Program-made: the position numbers and the translations under genes
Source of the DNA: Candidatus Altimarinota bacterium
GTDB lineage: Bacteria; Patescibacteriota; Gracilibacteria; UBA4473
Reading direction: 5' to 3'
DNA length: 64,000 nucleotides
Assembly: GCA_965231215.1 (NCBI GenBank)
Contig: OZ246423.1
Location: forward strand, 352,001 to 416,000
The notes under the pieces: model-generated
The model's database searches: none
Told to the model about the DNA's origin: nothing
What the model saw: only the letters and a program-made list of their open reading frames with translations
In this document: positions 19,260-29,741 of the stretch, in pieces
Position numbering within the stretch: position 1 is the first letter of the stretch
Layout of the letters: every line of letters begins with the position of its first letter

Positions 19260-20186
19260 ATGAGTTTAAAAAGAAGCATAATTACCGGCTTAAAACACCT
19301 AATTGTAGGGAAAACACACTTCCCTTCTAATGTGATCATTACCGCTCCCCATGGAAGCTCCAAAATTCCGTTAGCGATATTTCCTCACCTGCAAAGCCAC
19401 TACCAAGTCTCCCCGAGATTACTTTTGAATTATTCTGATTTTGGAACTAAGTATTTAATAGAAGATATTCCAGCCAAACAAAAAGTTATTGCCCCCTACG
19501 GAAGACTTATCGGAGATCCAAATAGAGCCAGAGACTCTGAAGATATTATCAGGTTAAAAGACTTTGGAGGGTTGCCCATCTTCCGTGAAAAATTTGAAAA
19601 AAGACTCACCAAATCTTGGCTGAGAGCTTTCTGGCTTAGAAAACTACTGCTCTATTCATACGAACCCTTCCACTGTGAAGTATTCAATACTATAGAAAGA
19701 GCGGTAAAAGACCCAGAAAATGAAGGAAAACCCATAATTTTGATTGATGTACATGACACTGGAAACCGGATGCTTGGCCCCAGTTGGAGAGAAGACAAAA
19801 CTCGAAAAGGCCTAAAAATGCCGCCAGTAATTCTAGCTAACGCTATGGAGGAAGAAGTTGAAGAAGGACGATTTGGTACCGCTCCGATGCATTTTGTAGA
19901 AGATTTCAGAGAAAAATTAGCCGACAAAATGGAGTTAGACGAAAAAGATATTGAAATCAATAGCCTCTTCAAAGGCAGTCATGTCATCAAATACTACAGC
20001 AACGTTATGAAAAATCGAAGAGTCCGAAAAGTCCTTAATGGAAAAACCATCATTGCCCTCCAGATAGAGTTTAATCGAGATCTGTATTTAGACGAAGTCA
20101 GCCAAAGACCTATCGGCTGGAAACTAAGATCAGTCAAGAACGCCTTTACTGAAACTATCTGCGAAATGTGTAATGATAATATCTAG
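19260..20186 (+). CDS. N-formylglutamate amidohydrolase family protein
   Basis: TAPHGS, SDFGT, RLIGDPNR, YEPFH, IDVH and ALQIEFNRDLYLDE motifs. Confidence 0.82.
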   Translation: MSLKRSIITGLKHLIVGKTHFPSNVIITAPHGSSKIPLAIFPHLQSHYQVSPRLLLNYSDFGTKYLIEDIPAKQKVIAPYGRLIGDPNRARDSEDIIRLKDFGGLPIFREKFEKRLTKSWLRAFWLRKLLLYSYEPFHCEVFNTIERAVKDPENEGKPIILIDVHDTGNRMLGPSWREDKTRKGLKMPPVILANAMEEEVEEGRFGTAPMHFVEDFREKLADKMELDEKDIEINSLFKGSHVIKYYSNVMKNRRVRKVLNGKTIIALQIEFNRDLYLDEVSQRPIGWKLRSVKNAFTETICEMCNDNI

Positions 20187-20728
20187 ACCTTCAGATCTTC
20201 AGAAAGAAGCTCAAACCGTATAGAATCATAAGCTATACCGTTCTTCACATATTGTTTTCTCAAAAGCCCAACCCGCACAAATCCAACCCGCGTTAATAAT
20301 CCTTCTGAAACTGTATTTTGAGCAAAAATTCCAGCAAAAATTTTTCTAAGTTTTAGTGTTTCAAATCCATACTGACACACCGCCGCAAGCATTTCTTTTC
20401 CATATCCCTTACCTCCAAAATCAGGCGCAATCCAAAAACTTAAAAAACAAGAATTTTTCTCTGAATCCTGCTGCAACCACCGAAAATTCCGCATCGTTAT
20501 ACGCCCAATCAATGTGTCGCCCAAAAACACGCCAAAATTAAGGTCTTCTTCTTCTTTGGTAGAAAGGAACTTTCCATGAGCTTCCGCCAGAGATTTCGGG
20601 GGATTCCAAGTCATATTGTCCGATATCTCAGGATTCTTGGTAATCAACTCATAAAGAGTCGGAATATCATGTGTAGTAAGGATTCTTAAATGTAAACGCT
20701 CTGTATCAATAATGGGTCGAGTCATCAT
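20183..20728 (-). CDS. GNAT N-acetyltransferase, RimJ/RimL family
   Basis: IDTERLHLR, FGGKGYGKE, N..S..LL.RVGF. Confidence 0.88.
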   Translation of the reverse strand: MMTRPIIDTERLHLRILTTHDIPTLYELITKNPEISDNMTWNPPKSLAEAHGKFLSTKEEEDLNFGVFLGDTLIGRITMRNFRWLQQDSEKNSCFLSFWIAPDFGGKGYGKEMLAAVCQYGFETLKLRKIFAGIFAQNTVSEGLLTRVGFVRVGLLRKQYVKNGIAYDSIRFELLSEDLKV

Positions 20729-20790
20729 TTAGGATTGCCCTTAAATTTTAAAGAACCTCCCTCAAACAACAAATCTAAAAATTTAAAAAT

Positions 20791-21339
20791 TTAGTTCGTA
20801 GCCGCCGCATCTAATACATCATCTACAGCCTTATCTGTTTCTTCCACTTCAGTTTCAGCCGAAGCGGCTTGTTGTTCACTAGACCACCCCAGAATATCCC
20901 AAGCCGATTTAGCCGCTTCCCCCTCTGGACGTTTTTTGTTTGATTCACAAACAATTCCATCCTTATCTCTATCAAGGCCGTGAATATCATTTTCTACACC
21001 TCCACATTCTTCAAATAAGGTTTGAGCTTCTTCTTGGTAGGCAAAATTATCACAGTTAAAGTTGGCTTTTTTCTCACATTCACCAATAAGCCAAGTCCCT
21101 TTATCAGTCTTCGTAATCATAGATTCAGAAACCGAACCCGTTTCCACCAATTTTCCTAAATCCACATCTTTCCCAGCCATTTCCATACCAATTCCGGCTA
21201 GAACTAGCGCCATGAGACCTAAAATCCAGATTCTAAATTTTTCAAAGACAAACCAGCATATCGCTAGAATGACCAAAAGAACCGCAAGTAAGATTAGACG
21301 AGCATTACCGCTTCGTCTCATTTCAGACATTTTTTTCAT
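20791..21339 (-). CDS. Membrane protein with Excalibur-like calcium-binding domain
   Basis: Two TMs, then NCDNF..QEEAQ...HGLDRDKDGIVCE. Confidence 0.75.
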   Translation of the reverse strand: MKKMSEMRRSGNARLILLAVLLVILAICWFVFEKFRIWILGLMALVLAGIGMEMAGKDVDLGKLVETGSVSESMITKTDKGTWLIGECEKKANFNCDNFAYQEEAQTLFEECGGVENDIHGLDRDKDGIVCESNKKRPEGEAAKSAWDILGWSSEQQAASAETEVEETDKAVDDVLDAAATN

Positions 21340-21418
21340 TGTAAAAATAATTAAGGGCAATGCTAATCCTATGTTATTTTATAGGTTTGTCAAACATGAG
21401 AGTTAGTACCAAAATTGA

Positions 21419-23212
21419 CTACTTAGCTCGTTTGCGTTCGTGTTCTTTCAGGAATTTTTTCCGAAGGCGAATATTTTCGGGCGTGACCTCTACATATTCA
21501 TCCTCTTTGATGTATTCCAGAGCGGTTTCTAGCGTTACATAGATTGGTGGGATCAGATTGATCGCATCATCAGCCCCGGATGAACGTACGTTTGTAAGTT
21601 GTTTCCCTTTAGTCGCATTTACCGTGAGATCAGAACCCTGGTTGTGTTCTCCGATGATCATGCCCTCATAGATTTTGGTCGCCGGATCGATAAAGATGGG
21701 GCCCCTTTCCTGTAACTTCCACAGGGAATAGGCAATAGCTTCACCGGTTTCCCCAGAAATAAGAGAGCCTACCTGTCGTCTTTCAATAGCCCCCATGTGC
21801 GGAGCAAAGTGTGAAAATGAGGCAAAAAGTGTCCCCTCTCCCTTAGTGTGGATAATAAAATTTGATCGAATTCCGAGTAACCCTCGCGCTGGCATTTCAA
21901 ATTCCAAAAGAGTATTGCCATTCTCTGAAGTCATATTTTTCATCTCTCCTTTTCGTTTTCCCATCATTTCAATGATTCGCCCAGACATTTCATCCGGTAC
22001 ATTAATTACTACGTTTTCAATTGGCTCTTGAGTCACTCCATCTATCTCTTGCATGACTACTTCTGGTTGGGAAACTTGTAGTTCAAATCCTTCACGTCTC
22101 ATAGTTTCAATCAGTACCGCCAAATGCATTTCTCCTCGCCCAAGCACTTTAAATTTGTCTGAATTTTCTGGGAATTCAATCTTGAGCCCTACATTGGTCT
22201 CTAATTCTTTTTCGAGGCGATCCCGGATCTGCCGAGAGGTCACCAATTTTCCTTCTTGCCCAGCAAATGGAGAGTCATTCACCATAAAATACATCGCCAA
22301 ACTTGGCGGATCTACAGTGATAGCCGGCAGGGGTTCTCCTTCGGAGTTTGAAGTAATAGTTTCGCCTACAAAGATATCTTCAATCCCCGCGATAGCCACA
22401 ATGTCTCCAGCGGTCGCTGATTCTGCTTCTACTCGCTGCATTCCCTGGAAGGTGAAAATTTTAGAAATCTTTCCAGATCGTTTGGTTCCGTCAGGTTTGA
22501 GCACGGTTACAGACTGATTTACTTTAGCGGTTCCAGAATGTACTCGTCCCACCGCAATACGCCCAAGGAAGTTATCATACGCGAGCGTCGCCGGCTGCAT
22601 AGCAAAATCTGCATCTAGGTTTTGCTGTGCCGTAGGCACATTATCAATAATAAAGTCTAGAAGTGGTGTAATATCTTTCTTTTCATCGTTGAGCTCTTTC
22701 ACTGCAATTCCATCCCGAGCAATCGCGTACATGTAGGGGAAATCCAGTTGTTCATCTGTCGCCCCAAGCTTCACAAATAGATCAAAAACTTGATCCACTA
22801 CCCAGTCTGGACGAGCGGCTGGTTTATCAATTTTATTAATCACCACCACTACCTGTTTTCCCAATTCTAATGATTTTTTCAACACAAATTTAGTCTGCGG
22901 CATAGGCCCTTCATACGCATCTACGACTAACACCGTGGTTTCTACGGTTCTCAGTACCCGTTCTACTTCCGATCCAAAATCAGCATGTCCAGGAGTATCT
23001 ACAATATTGATCTTTGTCCCTTTGTATTCAATAGCTGCGTTTTTGGCATAGATGGTGATCCCTCGCTCTTTTTCCTGATCGTTTGAATCCATCGCTCGTT
23101 CTTCAATTTGTGAATGCGCATCTTTCTTTTCATCAGCTTTAAGCAGCGCGTCTACAAGTGTGGTTTTCCCGTGATCTACATGAGCAATGATGGCGATGTT
23201 TCTGATATCCAT
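21419..23212 (-). CDS. typA: Translational GTPase TypA/BipA
   Basis: [49 protein letters not shown]. Confidence 0.98.
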   Translation of the reverse strand: MDIRNIAIIAHVDHGKTTLVDALLKADEKKDAHSQIEERAMDSNDQEKERGITIYAKNAAIEYKGTKINIVDTPGHADFGSEVERVLRTVETTVLVVDAYEGPMPQTKFVLKKSLELGKQVVVVINKIDKPAARPDWVVDQVFDLFVKLGATDEQLDFPYMYAIARDGIAVKELNDEKKDITPLLDFIIDNVPTAQQNLDADFAMQPATLAYDNFLGRIAVGRVHSGTAKVNQSVTVLKPDGTKRSGKISKIFTFQGMQRVEAESATAGDIVAIAGIEDIFVGETITSNSEGEPLPAITVDPPSLAMYFMVNDSPFAGQEGKLVTSRQIRDRLEKELETNVGLKIEFPENSDKFKVLGRGEMHLAVLIETMRREGFELQVSQPEVVMQEIDGVTQEPIENVVINVPDEMSGRIIEMMGKRKGEMKNMTSENGNTLLEFEMPARGLLGIRSNFIIHTKGEGTLFASFSHFAPHMGAIERRQVGSLISGETGEAIAYSLWKLQERGPIFIDPATKIYEGMIIGEHNQGSDLTVNATKGKQLTNVRSSGADDAINLIPPIYVTLETALEYIKEDEYVEVTPENIRLRKKFLKEHERKRAK

Positions 23213-23307
23213 AAGTTAAGTTTTTTAGCGTCCAGACTTATACGAACCCATTATATAAAAAGAAGATGACTTTGGCTGTTAAATCCTAGAAAAAATTTGG
23301 CATTAAA

Positions 23308-23329
23308 CTCGCCAAGTCCAGACTCAAAA
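23308..23329. repeat. Intergenic copy of the AGTCYGGACT palindromic repeat
   Basis: Reverse complement TTTTGAGTCTGGACTTGGCGAG matches purL 33363-33384 TTTTGAGTCCGGACTTGCCGAG at 20/22; degenerate partner GCGTCCAGACTT at 23228-23239. Confidence 0.65.
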
Positions 23330-23393
23330 AACAGCAAACTAAAATTCTAACAGTTTCTACTAGGATTCCAAGGGAAGTCAAATATGAAGCCTC

Positions 23394-24524
23394 CTAAACT
23401 AAACTCTTTTTAAGATCCGTATAAAGCTGAGTGTGCCCAGAACTTCCGGGTTTATAATTATCCGGAGTGAAGTATTCGTCCCTCTGTTCACATTTATCAA
23501 ATACCTCGGCCAGAAATACATCTGATTCAATTATATCACCATAAGTATAGTGTTCATGTTTTTCGATTAGATAAGGATAAGCCTCTCTAAAAAATTTCAT
23601 GAGCCCTATAAACCCTGTGGATTTATTAAGTATATTCCCTTCTTTATGTTCATCCCAAGCCGACCACCTCCTACGAACCGCATCAAAATAATGCCAAAAA
23701 ATAACAGCAATATCATCATCTTTATCATTTATAAACAATGATCGTAAAAAATATTTATCAATTTTCTTCTTATCAGAATACGCCTCAATTTTTTTACCTC
23801 TTCTCATGAGATCTCTGTCTATAACAGGATTATCAGAGATAAACAACAAGAGGTTCTCAACAAACGTAGCCTGAGTAATAGTTTGTGTTTTTGATTTATT
23901 ACTCGCAACTCCAAGTATCTTAATTTTATCATAAAAAGGACTTTCTTTCATAAAATTCAATTCTCGAACAATCATATGGCAACTCTTCTGCGGACTACGG
24001 GTTCTTGCATAGGCAAACAAGTCATATACTAAAGATTTATTTACTTTCGTTTGAGCCTTGTTAATAGTAGCAAAAGTCATTGCCTGATCTTCAATATCCA
24101 TATCAATAAAAATGGTGACACTTAATTGAAACTTTTTCTTAAACATCTGACCAAAGCCTTCTTTTAGGCCCATTACTCTATGCTGGCCATCTATTATATT
24201 GGCCACATCTTTCCCCTTTCTAATTTTTAAAACCTTAGATTTTTCATCATAAAAAGCATCCTCAGAGCTAATAGCCAATATTATACTTGTAGGAAATGTA
24301 GCATCATCCAAGTTAACGTACTCTGCAATATCCTTAACACGTTTCTGAGAAAGCTTTCTTTGTATCCCTAAATAAGTTTGCATCTCACTCTTTCCTTCGT
24401 CCTTAATTCTTCTAACATCCGCCGAAGCAATTTCCTCAAGAATATCCCAATCAATTATCCCAATATAATACTTTCCTATTGGTTGTTCAAGTTCTAGACA
24501 GTCGCAATCGATAAATGTACTCAT
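23394..24524 (-). CDS. DGQHR (DndB-like) domain protein
   Basis: GIQRKLS..RV..I..Y, FPTSIILA, IIDGQHR, FATINKAQTKV motifs. Confidence 0.92.
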   Translation of the reverse strand: MSTFIDCDCLELEQPIGKYYIGIIDWDILEEIASADVRRIKDEGKSEMQTYLGIQRKLSQKRVKDIAEYVNLDDATFPTSIILAISSEDAFYDEKSKVLKIRKGKDVANIIDGQHRVMGLKEGFGQMFKKKFQLSVTIFIDMDIEDQAMTFATINKAQTKVNKSLVYDLFAYARTRSPQKSCHMIVRELNFMKESPFYDKIKILGVASNKSKTQTITQATFVENLLLFISDNPVIDRDLMRRGKKIEAYSDKKKIDKYFLRSLFINDKDDDIAVIFWHYFDAVRRRWSAWDEHKEGNILNKSTGFIGLMKFFREAYPYLIEKHEHYTYGDIIESDVFLAEVFDKCEQRDEYFTPDNYKPGSSGHTQLYTDLKKSLV

Positions 24525-24536
24525 GTTGTATTAAAA

Positions 24537-25028
24537 CTATTTAGATTTCTGTGTCTTTTTAATTATCGCCTGTTTTAACCTTTTTCTATCTTGTTGTTCT
24601 TCTTCAAGAGGGGAAGTGCTTCTATAAAGCTCTTCTATAAAAGTACAGATAAAACTCAACCCTACACCAACTAGTAAAAAGAAAATAGATAATGTTTGAA
24701 AGTTTTCATGATTAAAACCATCCCCTCTAAATTCCCTTGAATATAAACTATAAAAGGAAGTGGCTCCTACAATTGAGAATAGTATCAGTATATAAAGAAT
24801 GCTCCTTTCAAAAAGCCGAAAATAGGCAAGACTAGCCGAGAGAAGCCCTATAGAATAAAGGAAAAATTGACCATCATTCCAAAGATAATTTAAAGAAATA
24901 TCATCATTAACAAAAACTATTCCCGAAGCAATAAACATGGGAAGCAAGACAAAACCAGTATTAACCAACCACTTAGCAACAAAGCTTCTTAAAATCTCAA
25001 GCGCCTCTCCAACATCAAAACTAAACAT
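24537..25028 (-). CDS. Four-TM membrane protein with charged C-terminal tail
   Basis: Hydrophobic helices; start overlaps the end of the dam gene. Confidence 0.75.
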   Translation of the reverse strand: MFSFDVGEALEILRSFVAKWLVNTGFVLLPMFIASGIVFVNDDISLNYLWNDGQFFLYSIGLLSASLAYFRLFERSILYILILFSIVGATSFYSLYSREFRGDGFNHENFQTLSIFFLLVGVGLSFICTFIEELYRSTSPLEEEQQDRKRLKQAIIKKTQKSK

Positions 25029-25995
25029 AATTCCTAATTAGTAATTCTCCCACTTTTTTTCGTGAAATCCCTTTTGAAGCTACAAATCTACGTCCATAAA
25101 TCTCGTCAAACCTGACTTTTAAACAGTCTTTATAAATGGAACGAATAAAGGGAACATCCGAATTAGACAACATCACAAAACACCCTCTATCAGTTAATTC
25201 CACAAACATATCTCGAACTTTTATATGATCTTCATCATTAAAACAGTCTTTTGTATATTTTGTAAAATTTGCCGTTCTTTTACACATAGGATAGTAAGGA
25301 GAATCCAAATAAACAAAATCTCCTTTAACGGCGTGTTTTAGCACTTTCTCATAACCCCCACAGCGTATAGTTTTCCCTTTTAGGGCTTCATGGGCATTCC
25401 AAATGTTTTCTTCATCACAGATTTTAGGATCTTTGTAATGGGCGTAAGGCACATTAAATTCTCCTTTACGGTTAACCCGGTGAATACCATTAAAACAAGT
25501 CCTATTAAGATAAATAAATCTCGCCGCTTTTTCTACCGCCCCAAGAGCTTTCGTATCGATAGATCGGGTATCATAATAATAGTCTTTTGAGTCCTTAATT
25601 TTGTGCTCCTTCAAAAGTTTAATCAGTTTTTTGGGATTCTTTTGTACAACCTTATAAGTGGCTATTAATTCAGGATTTAGATCTGAAATTACAGCTTTCT
25701 GAGGTTGTAAATCAAAAAAAATAGCCCCGCCCCCAAGAAAAGGTTCAAAGTAAGTATTTTTAGTTGAATCAAACTGTACTCCTTCTTTTGGATAAAAATC
25801 ATGAAATTTTTTAACAAAACGCCCTTTACCTCCAACCCATTTTAAAAACGGTTTTGCTTTATAGGAACCTCGCATCTTGATTACTTCTATCTGTTGTTCA
25901 AGCTCACTTTGATCATATACAGAAAAATCACTTAGCAAGCCCCTAACCGCAATTGGATGACGATCCAAGGAAGCAACTAAAAATTCTAAACTCAT
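25021..25995 (-). CDS. Dam/DpnM-family DNA adenine methyltransferase
   Basis: PFLKWVGGK, EPFLGGGA, YLNRTCFNG..RVN..G.FNVP, YLDSPY, MLSNSD. Confidence 0.93.
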   Translation of the reverse strand: MSLEFLVASLDRHPIAVRGLLSDFSVYDQSELEQQIEVIKMRGSYKAKPFLKWVGGKGRFVKKFHDFYPKEGVQFDSTKNTYFEPFLGGGAIFFDLQPQKAVISDLNPELIATYKVVQKNPKKLIKLLKEHKIKDSKDYYYDTRSIDTKALGAVEKAARFIYLNRTCFNGIHRVNRKGEFNVPYAHYKDPKICDEENIWNAHEALKGKTIRCGGYEKVLKHAVKGDFVYLDSPYYPMCKRTANFTKYTKDCFNDEDHIKVRDMFVELTDRGCFVMLSNSDVPFIRSIYKDCLKVRFDEIYGRRFVASKGISRKKVGELLIRNYV

Positions 25996-26051
25996 TTTTA
26001 TATAACCTAATTCTAAATTTTATAGAGACAAAAACCAAACTTAACTCAAAA

Positions 26052-27395
26052 TTAATTTTTTTTTATATTTCCACCACACCTAAATACAAACTGATCAAAA
26101 ATTTTATTCAATTTTTGCATTTCAAGCCTATTAAATACCTCTTCAACTTCCTCGGTAAGTTCCTGAAAACGTTTATCGGCTTTCATTACCAGTGGATCCA
26201 TCTGCAGAGCCAAATTGTTACAGCCAAGGAGCGTTAGGCCTTCCCAAGATTTGACCCGACTCAAGGCCACATACCCTTGTCCGGGTTCAAAGGTTTTGGA
26301 CAAATCCATCTCGGCACTATCCAGCGTCATTCCCTGAGATTTGTGCACCGTAATCGCCCATGCCAATCTCAAAGGAATTTGAGTATAGGTGGCAATCGGT
26401 TTTCCCTTTTCGTCCATTACATTCCAGTCCATGGCTTTTACTACCAAAGTATTGCCATCAAGAGTCTCCACTACCGGCAGATCTTCTACCGTAAAATCTG
26501 TGACCTGCCCGAGCGTTCCATTCATGTAGCCACACTCAGGATTGTTTTTTACAAACATCACGTGAGCTCCAATTTTGAGGCGCAAGTGTTGCGGAGCCAT
26601 GACCGATTTTTTTAAGGCTTCTATAACCGTACCAGACCCAACCGTATCGGCCTTGTAGTATTGGAGCTTTGCATCAATTCTTTCTAACGCTGCTTCATTC
26701 ACTTCGTCTACATCAAGGTTATGGGTGTAGAGTTTAATAGCGTTTTCATCACGAGTGTGTTGTGCGGCTTCCAGCTTTTCTCTTAGGAGATCTTGCCCAC
26801 TGTCAGAGACTTCCCCTGACCGCATTTCATTGAGAAATTTTAGTAACGAGCCATCCGACTGACGAAAAGACTCGGTGATATAACAGACCTTGAGGTCAGC
26901 TTCTACCCACACAGGCGACATAAACCCAAACTTTAGATGGGAAGGAATTCGTGATTTGCTCACGGGTGGAAGCTGGAAAAAATCTCCAGAAAAAATCACC
27001 TGAATACCCCCAAAAGGGGCTGAATTGACTTTAAAAAACTTTAAGATTTTATCTACGCAGTATAGATTTTGCGCCGATAGCATCGAGATTTCATCAATGA
27101 TGAGGACTTGAGTTTTGGTAATACGGTCGCGCACCGGTTTTTTACGTGCAATTTTTTCCAAATCCGAATCGATAATGTCATCCTTAATCCCTAATCCTGA
27201 CCAAGAGTGAATCGTTTGCCCTCCTAAATGAGTGGCCGCAATCCCCGTACTGGCGGTAATGGCCAAAGGCACTCCCCGTTCACGCAGATATTGAATGTAT
27301 TGATTGAGAAGATACGTTTTCCCGGCTCCTGCAGAACCCGTTAAAAATACATTTTGACCAGATTTTAAAACCTTCAGCGCCGTTTTTTGCAGCAT
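26052..27395 (-). CDS. PIF1-like (SF1B) DNA helicase
   Basis: GSAGAGKT, ASTGIAA, IIDEISM, GDFFQLPPV, QIPLRLAWAITVHKSQG, YVALSR. Confidence 0.93.
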   Translation of the reverse strand: MLQKTALKVLKSGQNVFLTGSAGAGKTYLLNQYIQYLRERGVPLAITASTGIAATHLGGQTIHSWSGLGIKDDIIDSDLEKIARKKPVRDRITKTQVLIIDEISMLSAQNLYCVDKILKFFKVNSAPFGGIQVIFSGDFFQLPPVSKSRIPSHLKFGFMSPVWVEADLKVCYITESFRQSDGSLLKFLNEMRSGEVSDSGQDLLREKLEAAQHTRDENAIKLYTHNLDVDEVNEAALERIDAKLQYYKADTVGSGTVIEALKKSVMAPQHLRLKIGAHVMFVKNNPECGYMNGTLGQVTDFTVEDLPVVETLDGNTLVVKAMDWNVMDEKGKPIATYTQIPLRLAWAITVHKSQGMTLDSAEMDLSKTFEPGQGYVALSRVKSWEGLTLLGCNNLALQMDPLVMKADKRFQELTEEVEEVFNRLEMQKLNKIFDQFVFRCGGNIKKN

Positions 27396-27561
27396 GGAAT
27401 GGAATTATCAACCATCAGCGTTTAATTATCAATCAAATCCCTCCGCTTATTCCCTTGTTGGTGTTTACCAGTGGTTTGATTTGAGCTCCCTTTGATAGAA
27501 CTATCACATTTTGAAAAGGGTTTTGAATAAACCCTCTTGAGCTAAAATAGTTCGTCTATCT

Positions 27562-28158
27562 TTATAGATATTTTTGAGCATATTTAATCCCTCTTTTCTT
27601 GGCTCTGGCCAAGACTTTTGGTTGCTCTTTAACCGGATTTCGAAAGGTCAATTTCCCTTCGTATAAAGCTCCTCCAGATTTGGCATAGTAGTATTTAAAC
27701 GCAACCGACAACCAAAACGGTGGAAAAACAAAAAACAACATCCGCCGATAAAAATTAGGCGTTCCCCCAGTGACAATAAAAAAAGTTCTCAGATGCCCCA
27801 ACTGCCCGGTAGGCTGACCAAGTTTATTAATATTTTTGTAGTCCAAAGCCATGTACCCAATCCGGTCAATAAAGTTTTTGAGCGGCCCTGGAACATTAAA
27901 ATTAAACGTAGGCGTCGCAATAATTAAACCTGAAGCAGACTTTAATTTTTCACCCAAAGCGGCCAATTCTATTTCAGATTCAAGTGGGACTTTCGTTTTG
28001 TGTTCAAACGGAGCACAATCTAAGTCATAGATATAGGTTTTCTCAACTTGCACATCAGGATGTACTTCTTTTACCCCCTCCAGAAAAGATTCCATCAAAC
28101 TATCAGAATTTCCTCCTTTATTAGGCGAACCAGCGAGAGCCATAATGGTTTTAGACAT
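27562..28158 (-). CDS. Flavodoxin-fold NAD(P)H-dependent FMN reductase
   Basis: GSPNKGGNS and ATPTFNFNVPGPLKNFIDR motifs. Confidence 0.85.
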   Translation of the reverse strand: MSKTIMALAGSPNKGGNSDSLMESFLEGVKEVHPDVQVEKTYIYDLDCAPFEHKTKVPLESEIELAALGEKLKSASGLIIATPTFNFNVPGPLKNFIDRIGYMALDYKNINKLGQPTGQLGHLRTFFIVTGGTPNFYRRMLFFVFPPFWLSVAFKYYYAKSGGALYEGKLTFRNPVKEQPKVLARAKKRGIKYAQKYL

Positions 28159-28159
28159 G

Positions 28160-29584
28160 CTAATTTCTGTCATCTAACATTAACACTCTTGGTTCCATCA
28201 TATCTAAGATCGCATATTTAGGGCCTTCCCGCCCAATACCTGAATCTTTGACCCCCCCATAAGGAAGGTGATCGGCTCGGAAAGTGGGCACATCATTTAT
28301 CACGAGCCCTCCAACATCCAAAGTTTTGTAGGCATAATTAATCTTTTTCCAATCGTTCACAAACAGACCAGCCTGCAGACCAAAATCTGAATCATTTACT
28401 CGATTCACCACGGCCTCAAAGTCCGTATACCGATCCAGGGTTACAACCGGCCCAAAGGCTTCTTCGGAGGCGCATTTCATCCCTTTTTGAGTATGGGTTA
28501 TTACGGTTGGTTCTAGAAACGCATCACGTCGATTACCTCCCGTCAGAATTTTAGCCCCAGACTCTACGTCCTCGTCTATCCAAGATTTAAGACGAATGGC
28601 ATTTTTTTCATCAATCATACTCGTTATATCAGTATCTCTGGCTTCTGGTGCTCCAATTTTTAAAGCCTCTACAGCGGCAACAAACTTTTGGGTAAAGGAC
28701 TCAAAGATAGATTCGTGTGCATAAATTCTTTGCGTATGAATACAGCTCTGTCCGTTATTGGCAAAAGCGCCTACAACACATCGAGCCACCGCTAAATCTA
28801 TATCTGTATCCTCAGTCAGAATCACTCCAGCGTTTCCCCCCAGTTCTAAAACTATTTTTTTTGTTCCACATTCGGCTTTCATTGTCCATCCAACACCAGG
28901 AGATCCGGTGAAACTCAGGAGATCAAACCGATCATCTTTCACTAGTAGATTACCAGCAATTCTATCGGTTGGCATGACCGAGAGCGCTCCTTTGGGAAGC
29001 GAAGTTTTATCCAAAATTTCAGCCATTTTGATGGCAGAAAGAGGTGTAGCTGAAGCTGGTTTTAGAATAATCGGACATCCAGCCGCAATCGCTGGAGCCA
29101 CCTTATGCGCTACCAAATTCATCGGAAAATTAAACGGCGCAATTCCGGCAACTATACCTACTGGAAAGTACTGGATCATTGCTTTTTTCCCCGCATTGAA
29201 GGGGGCCCAATCGATAGATTGTAACTCCCCCGGCAAACGCTTAGCTTCTTCAGCCGCAGTTAAAAAAGTCTGAACCGCCCGTTCAATTTCAGCTAAACTA
29301 TATTTAAACGGTTTCCCACATTCCATCGCCAAAATTTCAGCTAGTTCCTCTTGGTTGGCGTCTATTTCATCGGCCACTGTGCGTAAGATTTCATACCGTT
29401 GATAGATAGGCAAGTTAGCCATTTCTTTCTTCACTGATTCTGCTGCTTTAATCGCCACCTCAAACTCATCTAAACCCGCTTGATAAGTAGTAGCGAATGC
29501 TGCTCCATGATAGGGGTTTATAACCGGTAATTCGGTGTCCGTTTCAATAAATTTGCCGCCAACGTAGAGAGGATATTTTTTCAT
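28160..29584 (-). CDS. Aldehyde dehydrogenase family protein
   Basis: PFNFP, LKPA, FTGS, LELGGNA, NGQSC, EEAFGP, PYGGVKDSG. Confidence 0.95.
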   Translation of the reverse strand: MKKYPLYVGGKFIETDTELPVINPYHGAAFATTYQAGLDEFEVAIKAAESVKKEMANLPIYQRYEILRTVADEIDANQEELAEILAMECGKPFKYSLAEIERAVQTFLTAAEEAKRLPGELQSIDWAPFNAGKKAMIQYFPVGIVAGIAPFNFPMNLVAHKVAPAIAAGCPIILKPASATPLSAIKMAEILDKTSLPKGALSVMPTDRIAGNLLVKDDRFDLLSFTGSPGVGWTMKAECGTKKIVLELGGNAGVILTEDTDIDLAVARCVVGAFANNGQSCIHTQRIYAHESIFESFTQKFVAAVEALKIGAPEARDTDITSMIDEKNAIRLKSWIDEDVESGAKILTGGNRRDAFLEPTVITHTQKGMKCASEEAFGPVVTLDRYTDFEAVVNRVNDSDFGLQAGLFVNDWKKINYAYKTLDVGGLVINDVPTFRADHLPYGGVKDSGIGREGPKYAILDMMEPRVLMLDDRN

Positions 29585-29741
29585 ATCAAGAATTTTAAAT
29601 TATAAATTTATACAATCATGAAAACTTCAGGGATAAGACAAAGACAAGGCCACAAGAAAAAATTTTAGTAAAGCGTATTAAACAAGACGCTGAATGAATT
29701 TTTTTGAAGTTAACACAGTATTTTTCCATTTTATGGAGTTT

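Noticed and set aside
22804-22813. AGTCTGGACG inside typA as another palindromic repeat copy
   Set aside because: Partial match that encodes the conserved ARPD segment, with no partner arm and no insertion
25290-25312. DSPY instead of DPPY as a sign of an inactive methylase
   Set aside because: All other motifs are intact and DSPY is a variant I recall from Dam-family enzymes, so it is not evidence of a pseudogene
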